A DNA stretch of 64,000 bases from Xanthomonas sp. 10-10 (GTDB taxonomy: Bacteria; Pseudomonadota; Gammaproteobacteria; Xanthomonadales; Xanthomonadaceae). The notes below the pieces were generated by a model. It had not been told where the DNA came from and did not search any database. It saw only the letters and a program-made list of their open reading frames with translations. The translations under genes were made by a program, and so were the position numbers. How positions within the stretch are numbered: position 1 is the stretch's first letter; each line of letters starts with the position of its first letter. Shown in pieces: positions 40,965 to 49,953 of this stretch. Location of the stretch: positions 4,578,935 through 4,642,934 of the forward strand of contig NZ_CP144460.1 in NCBI RefSeq assembly GCF_040182365.1. Direction: 5' to 3'.

Positions 40965-42151
40965 CCTCCTTGCAGGCGCGCATGCTGGCGGCATTGGCGG
41001 CCATCGTCCTGCTGAGCTGGTCGACCTCGCTATGGATCCTGATCGCGCTGGTCACCCAGGGCCATCACAGCGTGGTCGAGCAGGAACTCAACCTGCTTGG
41101 CGACCGCCTGGTCAGCGCGCTGCCCGATACGCTGGAACGGCGCTTCGATATGGCCAGCGATGCCACCGGCACGCCGGGCGTTGTCGCCACGACAGGTGCC
41201 ATGTCCTCGCGCATGAGCCTCAACCAGACATTGACCGCCGTGGTGCTCAACACCTTGCAGCTGGCGATCCTGGGCGTGCTGGTGTGGTGGGCGGTACGCA
41301 CCTCGCTCGGGCCGCTGCGGTCGGTCTCGCTCGCCATTGCGCAGCGCACCGGGCTGGACACCGAGCCGGTGCCGCTGGAGCGTGTACCGGATGAAATCCG
41401 CCCGCTGATCGCCTCGTTCAACACCTTGCTGGCGCGCGTGGAAAAAACAGTGCAGGCCGAGCGCGATTTCGTTGCCGACGCCGCACACGAGCTGCGCACG
41501 CCACTGTCGGCGCTGCATGCGTATGCAGAGGTCGCCCTGCGTGCGCCCACGCTGGAGGCCAAGGACGCGGCGCTGCATCAGTTGCTGGAGACCGCACGCC
41601 GCAGCAACCGCCTGGCCGAACAGTTGCTGGATCTGGCGCGCCTGGATGCGGGCATCAGTTCGGCCGCCTATCACCAGGTCGACATGGGCGAATTGATTTC
41701 GCATGTACTGGACGAGTTCAGCGTGCAGGCCGACGCACGTCAGATCAACCTGCAGGTGGAGGCATCGCCGTGCCTGTTGCGCTGCGATGTGGATGCGGTG
41801 GGCATCCTGATCCGCAACCTGGTCGACAACGCCATCCGCTACGGGCGCACCCACGGCACGGTGGAAGTGAGTTGCGGCTACTGCCTGCGTGCCGATGTGC
41901 TGCACCCCTTCGTGCAGGTGAGCGACGACGGCCCCGGCGTGCCGGAGGCCGCGCATGCGTCGATCTTCGAGCGCTTTTATCGCGTGCCCGGCAGCGAAGT
42001 GCAGGGCAGCGGAATCGGGCTGTCGTTGGTCGCCGGCATTGCCCGACTGCATGGCGCGACGATCGAAACCTGCGAAGGCACCGAAGGACGCGGCCTGTGC
42101 GTGCGCGTGGTGTTTGCCGGCACCAGCGCGCCAACTGCCAAGCGCAGCTGA
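40961..42151 (+). CDS. Sensor histidine kinase (two TM segments, HAMP, HisKA, HATPase)
   Basis: The H-box is AHELRTPL. The N, G1 and G2 boxes are NLVDNAIRYG, DDGPGV and GSGIGL. Confidence 0.85.
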   Translation: MTSLQARMLAALAAIVLLSWSTSLWILIALVTQGHHSVVEQELNLLGDRLVSALPDTLERRFDMASDATGTPGVVATTGAMSSRMSLNQTLTAVVLNTLQLAILGVLVWWAVRTSLGPLRSVSLAIAQRTGLDTEPVPLERVPDEIRPLIASFNTLLARVEKTVQAERDFVADAAHELRTPLSALHAYAEVALRAPTLEAKDAALHQLLETARRSNRLAEQLLDLARLDAGISSAAYHQVDMGELISHVLDEFSVQADARQINLQVEASPCLLRCDVDAVGILIRNLVDNAIRYGRTHGTVEVSCGYCLRADVLHPFVQVSDDGPGVPEAAHASIFERFYRVPGSEVQGSGIGLSLVAGIARLHGATIETCEGTEGRGLCVRVVFAGTSAPTAKRS

Positions 42152-42443
42152 CCAAACATGGCGCGGCCGCCACGCAGGTGTGGCTCGCGCCTTGAAACCG
42201 GGATGGACGGCTGCCCCTTGCCGCTTCCCTGCGCGAGCGGGGAGATCGCATAGGCCTGACCTCGCTGTAGGACCCAGCGCACAACGACGTCGCCAGCGTA
42301 AGCGGCCGCGCTCATCCGGTGGGCGCAGGGGGTTTGCCGATCCCAGCAAGAGGTCATGCGCGCTGTGGCGGGGTGCTGTCGGCTTCCAATAACTTTCTAA
42401 ACCTGCCTGCCTAGAGTGCACTCACCGCACGCATCCAGGATGC

Positions 42444-42740
42444 ATGGTGATGATTCGCCCGACCCGCTCCACCCCACAGGTTTCGACCACGCTGTCGCAA
42501 CTGGCCATGCAACGCGCCGCCAACGACAGTGTGATCGCGTCTAGCACGGCGTTGGCACCGGCAGCGGAATTTCGCTGCGGCCGCACCGGTACGCGCAACC
42601 GCGACATCTGGTGTGCGTTACCGGACATCCGCAGCGCACGCCAGACACATCGCCTGCAACGCTGGGCCACGCGCGGTGTGTTGTTCACGGCTGCCGGTGC
42701 GCTGTTTGCGCTGGCGCTGGCACGTCTTCTGCTGCGTTGA
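42444..42740 (+). CDS. Possible small tail-anchored membrane protein (98 aa)
   Basis: It is the only sizeable ORF in a 640-bp gap. The C-terminal TM segment is GVLFTAAGALFALALARLLLR. The start context is weak. Confidence 0.25.
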   Translation: MVMIRPTRSTPQVSTTLSQLAMQRAANDSVIASSTALAPAAEFRCGRTGTRNRDIWCALPDIRSARQTHRLQRWATRGVLFTAAGALFALALARLLLR

Positions 42741-42795
42741 GCATTCGCGCACGCCGCTTCCTTCACAACCGTTTTGTGTCTTACAGGACCCAGTC

Positions 42796-43458
42796 ATGCC
42801 TGTCCATGTCATCACCCGTTGCTGCACGCTTGCCGTTGTCGGCATCACCCTGATCGGCTGCGCCAGCACCGGCCCCATGCCGTATCGCCAGTTGCCATCG
42901 TCCGGTTACCTGCGTCCGCACGACGGCAGCCGCGGCGATCGCATGCCGTACGCGTATCACAGCGATGTGGATTGGACGCACTACCACGCAGCCATTGTCG
43001 AGCCGGTCGCCATCTACCGCGGTCCGGACGCGCAGTTCGAGAACGTGCCGGAGCAGGACAAGCGCATGCTGGCCGACGTCATGCAGCAGGAATTCGGCAA
43101 TGCCATTGCGCGGCGCTGGCGCCCGACGACGTCGGCCAATCGCGACACATTGCGGGTACGCATCACCCTGACCGGCGCCAAGCCCAGCAAGCGCGTGCTG
43201 GGCACCATCATGAAGGTGGATCTGGGCGGCGGTTCGTACAACGCCGTACAGGCCGCACGCGGCAAGGAAGGCGCATTCTCCGGGTCGGTCAGTTATGCGG
43301 TGGAGATCTTCGATGCGCAAAGCGATCGCCTGCTCGCCGCGTATGTCGAGAAGCAGTATCCCAGCGCAATGAACATCAAGGCCAGCCTGGGCGCATACGA
43401 TGCGGCAAAGGCGGGAATCCGCAAGGGGGCCGAGCAGCTCGTTGAAGGGCTCGAGTAG
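42796..43458 (+). CDS. DUF3313-family lipoprotein
   Basis: The lipobox is LIGCAS. Conserved tails HYHAAIVEP...KRMLAD are present. Confidence 0.65.
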   Translation: MPVHVITRCCTLAVVGITLIGCASTGPMPYRQLPSSGYLRPHDGSRGDRMPYAYHSDVDWTHYHAAIVEPVAIYRGPDAQFENVPEQDKRMLADVMQQEFGNAIARRWRPTTSANRDTLRVRITLTGAKPSKRVLGTIMKVDLGGGSYNAVQAARGKEGAFSGSVSYAVEIFDAQSDRLLAAYVEKQYPSAMNIKASLGAYDAAKAGIRKGAEQLVEGLE

Positions 43459-43735
43459 CCAAGAGCAGGAGCTGCTTCCCTTGCCCCACCGGGAGAAAAA
43501 GGCGCCCCGCAGGGGCAGACGAGGGTACGCGCGCAGCCTCGCGAATGATGAGCGTGGGCGCGCGGCCTTGTGCAGTTGTAGCAACGCGACGTGGAGTCGA
43601 AATCCCTTTGGAGCATCACGCGCCGTAATCGAATCACCCTGCGCGCTTCGCCCCGTGCCCTCACCCCACCCGCAGGAGGGGCTTGAGCTCAGCGCCGGCT
43701 TACCCACCGCGGCGAACGCGTCTGCTACGCACATG

Positions 43736-43775
43736 AAAAAGGCCGGCGCTCTACGAGCGCGCCGGCCTCTCTCGA
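43736..43775 (-). terminator. Strong hairpin terminator downstream of the histone-like gene
   Basis: GGCCGGCGC(loop)GCGCCGGCC is a 9-bp stem followed by TTTTTTC on the minus strand. An A5 tract lies on the plus side, so it may act bidirectionally. Confidence 0.65.
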
Positions 43776-43787
43776 TATGCATCACCT

Positions 43788-43815
43788 TTACGTAAATCTC
43801 GTTACGTAAATCTCA
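43788..43815. repeat. Tandem 14-bp direct repeat TTACGTAAATCTC(G/A) x2, each containing the palindrome TTACGTAA
   Basis: Two contiguous copies lie between the histone-like gene 3' end and its terminator. Confidence 0.6.
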
Positions 43816-43898
43816 ACTTGCACGTCTATCTCGTCCTGCACGTACGTCCAAGTTGCCGCACACATCTGCGCTGACAGCACGAGCGACGCGACGCAATG

Positions 43899-43929
43899 CC
43901 ACCCTCAACCCTCAACCCTCAACCCTCAG
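43899..43929 (-). repeat. (GGGTTGA)n heptad repeat abutting the histone-like gene stop codon, a G3N4G3N4G3N4G3 quadruplex motif
   Basis: The minus strand reads TGA-GGGTTGAGGGTTGAGGGTTGAGGGTGG. The first TGA is the stop codon. The unit is one mismatch from the telomeric TTAGGG. Confidence 0.6.
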
Positions 43930-44765
43930 CGCGTGACGCGCTTGACGGCCTTTTTGCCCACGGCCTTGCGAGCCGCAGTAGTCTTGGCCACGGCGCGCGT
44001 TGCCGGGGTCTTGGTGACTTTGGCCGCCTTCTTCAAGGCGGTCTTGGTCACGGCCTTCTTCAGCGGGGCCTTCTTTACTGCCGCCTGCTTGGTCGCGGTC
44101 TGCTTGGCGATCGGTGCTTTCTTGGCGATGCCTTTGGCCACCGACTTCTTGAGCGAGGCCGATTTGGCTGCGGCCTTCTTCGCGGCCGTGCGCGCGCTCA
44201 CCGTTGCCACTGCGGTCTTGCGCGCCGCACTCTTGGCGGCGGTCTTGGCGCTCAGCGCAGCGGCTTCGGCCTTGGCGTTGGCCTTGGCGGTTTCCAGCTT
44301 CTGCCTGGTGTTGGCCTTGGTATCGGAGATCTTCTTCCTGGCCGCCGCGCTGGTGCTGCTCAACTTCTGCTTGGCGGCATCCTTGGTCGAGGTCAGCTTG
44401 TGCTTGGCCGCATCCTTGGTGGAAAGCAACTTCTGCTTGGCTGCATCCTTGGTGGCCGTCAGCTTGTCTTTGGCGGCGTCCTTGGTCGCGGTCAATGAGC
44501 GCTTGGTCTTGGCCACGCTACGCTTGACTGCGGTCGCCGCTTCGCCGGCCTTGGCAACCGCGTTCTTCTCCGCCTTGACCACCGCCTTGCGGGCCTTGGC
44601 GACGCGCGTCTTGACCTCTGCCACAGCCACGCCTGCAGCTTCCTGCGCGCTGGTCACCGCCTCGCTGGTGGTGCTGGCGATGGTGTCGGTCAGCTCGGTT
44701 GCAGTGCTCTTTACGCTATCGACGGCGTCGGACAGGGTTGCCGTCACACCATTGCCGTTGCTCAT
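43926..44765 (-). CDS. Lys/Ala-rich histone H1-like/AlgP-like nucleoid protein
   Basis: It is 279 aa and extremely K/A/T-rich. It contains 11-aa tandem repeats of the form TKDAAK(Q/D/H)KL(T/L/S)(A/S). The C-terminal AKKA-type motifs are typical of bacterial H1-like proteins. Confidence 0.7.
   Translation of the reverse strand: MSNGNGVTATLSDAVDSVKSTATELTDTIASTTSEAVTSAQEAAGVAVAEVKTRVAKARKAVVKAEKNAVAKAGEAATAVKRSVAKTKRSLTATKDAAKDKLTATKDAAKQKLLSTKDAAKHKLTSTKDAAKQKLSSTSAAARKKISDTKANTRQKLETAKANAKAEAAALSAKTAAKSAARKTAVATVSARTAAKKAAAKSASLKKSVAKGIAKKAPIAKQTATKQAAVKKAPLKKAVTKTALKKAAKVTKTPATRAVAKTTAARKAVGKKAVKRVTR
44364..44495. repeat. Four tandem 33-bp repeats inside the histone-like CDS
   Basis: CTTCTGCTTGGCGGCATCCTTGGTCGAGGTCAG-type units are 80-90% identical and encode the 11-aa repeats. 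Confidence 0.75.
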
Positions 44766-45007
44766 AGACCCTCCTTAGGGGCGTCAGTGCGGGAAACGTG
44801 GGCGATGCACGACGGCATGCATATGCTGAACAGGCATCGGATCAAGCGGACGCTACGCCCGGCTCGGCGGGCTGTCAACGCAATGGCGGCAAGGCATGCG
44901 CGGCTCTTTCACCGGCAGTTAAATTGCTGGCTGGCACTCTCGTTCAGCTTGATTTACGCAGCCAGACCCCCTATTGCTCTTCCACCGCGTAACCCGGAAT
45001 CCGTTCC

Positions 45008-46444
45008 ATGCGACCGCTTCCCACCTTGCTGACGCTTTCCCTGGCCGCCGCCTTCGGCGGCTTTGCCGCCACCGGCATCAACGCGTGGCTGGACAACCGC
45101 GCCGAAGCCACGCCGGCCGGCACTACCAACTTCACCTTGCCGGCAGCTGCCGCGTTACCGGCCGCGGTTGCCGGGCAACCGGTGCCCTCGCTGGCACCGA
45201 TGCTGCAGCAGGCGATGCCGGCGGTAGTGAGCGTCAACACCAAGCAGGTGGTGCGCGTGCGCAACCCCTTCTTCAACGACCCCATCCTGCGCCGGCTGTT
45301 TCCGGAGATTCCGCAGGACCGCATCAACGAATCGCTGGGCTCGGGCGTGATCATCGATGCGCAAAAAGGCTATGTGCTGACCAACCATCATGTCATCGAA
45401 AATGCCGACGACGTGCAGGTGACGCTCGGCGACGGACGCACGGTCAAGGCCGACTTCATCGGCTCCGATGCCGACACCGACATCGCACTGATCCGCATCA
45501 AGGCCGACAACCTCACCGACATCAAGCTGGCCGACAGCAACGCCTTGCGCGTAGGCGACTTTGTGGTGGCGATCGGCAACCCGTTCGGCTTCACCCAGAC
45601 CGTGACCTCCGGCATCGTCTCGGCGGTGGGACGCAGCGGTATTCGCGGCCTGGGCTACCAGAACTTCATCCAGACCGACGCCTCGATCAACCCCGGCAAT
45701 TCCGGCGGTGCGCTGGTCAACCTGCAGGGTCAGCTGGTCGGCATCAACACCGCCAGCTTCAACCCGCAGGGCAGCATGGCCGGCAATATCGGCCTGGGGC
45801 TGGCGATTCCCTCCAACCTTGCGCGCAACGTGGTCGAGCAACTGGTGACCAAGGGCGTGGTGGTGCGCGGCACGCTCGGCCTGGAAACCCAGAACCTCAC
45901 CCAGCAAATGCTGCAGGGCCTGGGTGTGGATTCGCTGCGCGGCGCACTGGTGACGCGCGTGTTGCCAGGCTCTGCGGCGGCCGCGGCCGGTGTGCAGCCC
46001 GGCGACGTCGTGGTGGCCGCCAACGATCAACGTGTGGACAGCGCAGAAGCGCTGCACAACTACGAAGGCCTGCAAGCGGTTGGCAGTGCGGTGACACTGG
46101 ACATCCGTCGCGACGGCAAGCCGCTCAAGCTCAAGGCCACGCTGAAGGAACAGGACCGCGCGGTCACCGGCGACATGCTCGACCCGCGGCTGGGCGGCGC
46201 CACGTTCGTGGACCTGCCAGAGTCGCTACGTCAGTCCGGCATCACCGGTGTCATGGTCAGCGAGGTCAAACGCGGCGGACGCGCAGCGGCCAACGGCCTG
46301 GTGTCCGGCGATGTGATCGTGGCCAGCAGCATGGGCGAGTTTGCGGACCTGGCCAGCTGGCGCGCCAATTTCCAGCGCAGACCGCAGCAGCTGGTGGTGC
46401 GCATCCTGCGCGGCAACGCGCAATACGACGCGCTGATGCGTTGA
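45008..46444 (+). CDS. Periplasmic serine endoprotease DegP/DegQ/MucD (trypsin domain + two PDZ domains)
   Basis: It has a signal peptide and the catalytic triad context TNHHV, DIALIR and GNSGGAL. Two PDZ regions follow. Confidence 0.9.
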   Translation: MRPLPTLLTLSLAAAFGGFAATGINAWLDNRAEATPAGTTNFTLPAAAALPAAVAGQPVPSLAPMLQQAMPAVVSVNTKQVVRVRNPFFNDPILRRLFPEIPQDRINESLGSGVIIDAQKGYVLTNHHVIENADDVQVTLGDGRTVKADFIGSDADTDIALIRIKADNLTDIKLADSNALRVGDFVVAIGNPFGFTQTVTSGIVSAVGRSGIRGLGYQNFIQTDASINPGNSGGALVNLQGQLVGINTASFNPQGSMAGNIGLGLAIPSNLARNVVEQLVTKGVVVRGTLGLETQNLTQQMLQGLGVDSLRGALVTRVLPGSAAAAAGVQPGDVVVAANDQRVDSAEALHNYEGLQAVGSAVTLDIRRDGKPLKLKATLKEQDRAVTGDMLDPRLGGATFVDLPESLRQSGITGVMVSEVKRGGRAAANGLVSGDVIVASSMGEFADLASWRANFQRRPQQLVVRILRGNAQYDALMR

Positions 46445-46559
46445 GGCGCCGTGACTGCACGCTGTTTCCACTAACGCCTCCTACACCCCCCCGATGCTAT
46501 TGCTACTGCACGACCGCACGTAAGTGGCGGCTGCCATCAATGACCGAAGGAGATATCGC

Positions 46560-46922
46560 ATGAGCCCCACCAATACCGATCAGCTGAAGGAAAACCTGAG
46601 CGAAGCCGGCACCCACCTGAAGTCGGCCGCCAGCGCCGCCGGTGAAGCCGTCAAGGGCGCCACCAGCGCTGCGGGCGACGAGCTCAAACTCGGTCGTGCC
46701 AACGTCAAGGCCGAACTGTCCGACACCGCACTGGCTGGCATGGCCGCGGCCGAGTTCGGCGGCGCAGCAGCGAAGGAACAGATGGACGTGCTGGTCGCCA
46801 AGGGCAACGACTTGCTCGACAGCGCCACCGACCTGATCCGCGAGCGTCCGCTGGCCGCATTCGGCGTTGCGTTTGCCGCTGGCTGGGTCATCGCCAAGCT
46901 GGCACGTAGCAACGATAACTAA
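46560..46922 (+). CDS. DUF883 family protein (ElaB/YqjD/YgaM-like)
   Basis: AAGGAGA SD is present. The protein has a coiled-coil region and a C-terminal TM anchor (PLAAFGVAFAAGWVIAKL). Confidence 0.75.
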   Translation: MSPTNTDQLKENLSEAGTHLKSAASAAGEAVKGATSAAGDELKLGRANVKAELSDTALAGMAAAEFGGAAAKEQMDVLVAKGNDLLDSATDLIRERPLAAFGVAFAAGWVIAKLARSNDN

Positions 46923-46925
46923 GTC

Positions 46926-47411
46926 GTGAGCGATCAGGCTTCTACAGCTGCCGGTTCCGGCGCGCCAGAGGCGCGTCCGGAAACGCCGGGCCTGGACGAA
47001 AGCGTACGTGCGGTCGGCGCTGCAGGCCGCGCAACGCTGGGCTCGGCCAAGGACACCGGTCGCGCATTGCGCCGGTTGGTGTCGGCCGACTTACGGCTGG
47101 CACGCAGTGCATTCGGACGTGGCCTGGCGTGGGCGTGCGTGGCAGTGGTGTTCGGCGCGTCGTCATGGCTGTTGCTGGCAGGCGCCATCATCGCCTTGCT
47201 GCAACGCGCCGGCTTGTCGTGGTTTCAGGCGATGTTTTTCACCGCCCTGGCCAGTTTGCTGGTCACCGGTATCGCGGCATGGCGAGTGTTCTTCTATTTC
47301 GATCATACCGGCATGAACGCAACGCGGCGTCAGTTGATCAAGTTGGGCATCTTCGACGATTCCAACGAGGACGATACCGCCGCCGCACCTGTCAGTGGGG
47401 GACATCCATGA
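46926..47411 (+). CDS. YqjE-like inner-membrane protein (DUF1469/phage-holin-3_6-like)
   Basis: It starts with GTG 4 nt after the DUF883 gene and has two TM segments. The operon order matches elaB/yqjD-yqjE-yqjK. Confidence 0.6.
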   Translation: MSDQASTAAGSGAPEARPETPGLDESVRAVGAAGRATLGSAKDTGRALRRLVSADLRLARSAFGRGLAWACVAVVFGASSWLLLAGAIIALLQRAGLSWFQAMFFTALASLLVTGIAAWRVFFYFDHTGMNATRRQLIKLGIFDDSNEDDTAAAPVSGGHP

Positions 47412-47791
47412 AGTTCGGCACCATGCGTCAACACGTGGAACGCGCTGAATTGTTGGTGGAAGGGCGCGCGCAGGAAACGCGCACGCACTGGAGCCAGTTG
47501 CGCCAGACCTGGCGTGCAGGCTGGTCGCCGGCACGCATCATGCTGGTTGGCTTCGGGCTGGGCTTTGTCACCGGCCGTAACGAACCACAGGCCGCGCTGG
47601 GCAGCATCGCCAGCAAGCTGGGCGGCATTCCCAAGATTCTGCAGATGATCAGCACGATCTCTGCGTTGTTTACGGCGCACCGCGCGCAGGAAGCCTCCGA
47701 GCAGGCCGAGCGTGCAGCCGATAATGCCGAAGAAGTGGCGGCCGAACCGACGGTCACGGTGGTACAGGTACCCGCCGAACGCGCCGCCTGA
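47408..47791 (+). CDS. YqjK-like protein
   Basis: The ATG overlaps the upstream TGA (ATGA). MKFGTMRQHVERAELLVEGRAQETRTHWSQLRQ is the YqjK pattern. Confidence 0.6.
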   Translation: MKFGTMRQHVERAELLVEGRAQETRTHWSQLRQTWRAGWSPARIMLVGFGLGFVTGRNEPQAALGSIASKLGGIPKILQMISTISALFTAHRAQEASEQAERAADNAEEVAAEPTVTVVQVPAERAA

Positions 47792-47960
47792 TCGTCGCTA
47801 TTGGATGCGGCGCTCTTGCGCCGCGTCCTGGCATGGTCGAGGCCGCCAGCTCTGCATCCTCGCACTGACACCGCACGCACAGGCCCTGTGCGCGCCGTTG
47901 ACGCATTGTGCCGATAATGGCCCACCGCTGGCAGCACGCCAGTCTGCTGCCAGGGCGCGC

Positions 47961-49067
47961 ATGTCTATCCCCGTTGATTCCTTGGACACTGCCATTCCGG
48001 CAGATCCGCTCCCCCCGCCTCCGGCGCCTCGCCCACGGGCACCGGCCTCGCTGGTGGTGCTGGCAACGCTTGCGGTGGGCTACACCTTATGGGCGGCGCA
48101 GACGATCATCCTGCCGATCATGCTGGCGGCATTCTTCGCACTGATCGGCAATCCCATCCTGCGTGGACTGCGCAAGCTCTACATCCCGCGCTTTCTCGGC
48201 GCCCTGCTGGTGCTGTGCCTGGGCCTGGCCGGTACGGTGACGCTGGCCGCACAATTGGCCGGCCCTGCCGCCGAATGGGTGCAACAGGCGCCGCGCCAGA
48301 TGCGGCAGATCGCACGCGATGTGCGCGATTTCACCAAGCCGGTGATGCAGGCCAATCAGGCGGCGGAAAACTTTGCACGCGCGGCCGGTGGCGAAGGCCA
48401 GCGCGGCGTGCAGATCGTGCGCACGCAGATGGACGACCCGTACAAGGCGCTGGTACGTACACCCAAGCTGGCCGCCTCGGTGCTTGCCGTGGTGCTGCTG
48501 ACGTTTTTCTTCATGGTCTATGGCGAAAGCCTGCAACGGCATGCGATTGCGTTGTTGCCCAACCGGCAACAGCAACGCTTCACGACCGAGATCATGCTCG
48601 ACATCGAGCGCGAGGTGTCGCGCTATGTGCTCACCATCAGCGTGATCAATACGCTGGTCGGGCTGATTTTTGCCGGCATTTTGTATGTCTTGCAGATTCC
48701 GCTGCCCGAAGCCCTGCTCTGGGGCACGGTGGTGGCGCTGCTGAATTTCGCACCCTACGTCGGCCCACTGATCGGCGTGATGCTGATGCTGCTGATGGGC
48801 TTTGTGGAATTTCGCACCCCGCTGTCGGCGATGCTGCCGGCGATCCTGTATCTGGCGCTGCACACCATCGAGGGCCAGGTGGTCACCCCGATCGTACTGG
48901 GCCGGCGCATGGCGATCTCGCCATTGATGCTGATCCTGGCGCTGATGCTGTTCGGCTGGCTGTGGGGCATGATCGGCCTGCTGCTGGCGGTACCGCTGCT
49001 GGTCTGCATCAAGATGGTGCTGAGCCGGGTGGAGGGAATGCAGCGCTGGGCCAGGCTGCTTGAGTAG
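47961..49067 (+). CDS. AI-2E family transporter (PerM/YhhT/UPF0118)
   Basis: It is a multi-TM protein with the conserved PYVGPLIG and LALHTIEGQVVTPIVLGRRM signatures. Confidence 0.85.
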   Translation: MSIPVDSLDTAIPADPLPPPPAPRPRAPASLVVLATLAVGYTLWAAQTIILPIMLAAFFALIGNPILRGLRKLYIPRFLGALLVLCLGLAGTVTLAAQLAGPAAEWVQQAPRQMRQIARDVRDFTKPVMQANQAAENFARAAGGEGQRGVQIVRTQMDDPYKALVRTPKLAASVLAVVLLTFFFMVYGESLQRHAIALLPNRQQQRFTTEIMLDIEREVSRYVLTISVINTLVGLIFAGILYVLQIPLPEALLWGTVVALLNFAPYVGPLIGVMLMLLMGFVEFRTPLSAMLPAILYLALHTIEGQVVTPIVLGRRMAISPLMLILALMLFGWLWGMIGLLLAVPLLVCIKMVLSRVEGMQRWARLLE

Positions 49068-49153
49068 CCGGGATTTGGGATTGGAGATTCGGGATTGGTA
49101 AACGCAACAGGCAGCTGCCGTTGCCAATCCCCAATCCCGATTCCCCAATCCCA
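49068..49153. repeat. Palindromic GGGATTGG-repeat element with a central hairpin (terminator/REP-like)
   Basis: GGGATTTGGGATTGGAGATTCGGGATTGG ... CCAATCCCCAATCCCGATTCCCCAATCCC are inverted arms. The inner hairpin is GCAACAGGCAGCTGCCGTTGC. Confidence 0.6.
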
Positions 49154-49176
49154 ACGCAAGACCGTAAAATCTCGCG

Positions 49177-49914
49177 ATGAGTTTCCCAATCCGCGCCATC
49201 ACCCTCGACCTCGACGATACGTTGTGGCCCTTCGCACCGATCGGTGCGCGCATCGATCAGGTGCTGTACGACTGGATGCGCGAGCACAGCCCGGTCACTG
49301 CCGAGCGGTTTCCGGTGGAGGCGATGCGCGAGTTGCGCGAGCGCAGCTTTGCCGACAACCCGCAGCTGCATCACGACCTCAGCGCGCTGCGCCGGTTGAC
49401 GCTGGAAATGGCCCTGCGCGAAAGCGGCGGCGATCTGGAGCTGCTGGAACCGGCCTACGAGGTGTTCTATGCCGCGCGCAACCAGGTGGAATGCTATCCG
49501 GATGCGCTCGACGCGCTGGCACGCATCGCCGCACATGTGCCGGTGGCCGCGCTCAGCAACGGTAATGCCGATCTGCAGCGCATCGGGCTGATGCACCACT
49601 TCGCGTTTCAGCTGGGCTCGCGCGAACACGGCAGCGCAAAACCCGATGCGAGCATTTTTCTGGCGGCCTGCGCGCGGCTGGAGGTGCCGCCCGCGCAGGT
49701 GCTGCATGTGGGCGACCACATCCGCATGGATGTGCTGGGCGCGCTGGATGCCGGCTTGCGTGCCTGCTGGATCAATCGCGACGGCGCAGCGTGGTCGCAC
49801 CCGACCCAGCAGCCGGACCTGGAGTTCGACAGCATGACCGGGCTGGCCGACTGGCTGGACGCGCAGCAACCGCACCCAGGCGCCGCGCGCGACGGCGTCT
49901 GCATTCCCGCCTGA
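49177..49914 (+). CDS. HAD-superfamily hydrolase, subfamily IA
   Basis: Motif I is ITLDLDDTL, motif II SNG, and motif III K...GDHIRMDV. Confidence 0.8.
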   Translation: MSFPIRAITLDLDDTLWPFAPIGARIDQVLYDWMREHSPVTAERFPVEAMRELRERSFADNPQLHHDLSALRRLTLEMALRESGGDLELLEPAYEVFYAARNQVECYPDALDALARIAAHVPVAALSNGNADLQRIGLMHHFAFQLGSREHGSAKPDASIFLAACARLEVPPAQVLHVGDHIRMDVLGALDAGLRACWINRDGAAWSHPTQQPDLEFDSMTGLADWLDAQQPHPGAARDGVCIPA

Positions 49915-49953
49915 GTTCAATCCGACCGCGCACACCGCCATTGAAGGATGTCC

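Noticed and set aside
41030-42421. 463-aa minus ORF
   Set aside because: It is antisense to the histidine kinase gene.
43933-44778. 281-aa plus ORF
   Set aside because: It is the mirror frame of the Lys/Ala-rich histone-like gene. The minus frame gives the coherent KA-rich repeats and has a defined stop, G4 tract and terminator.
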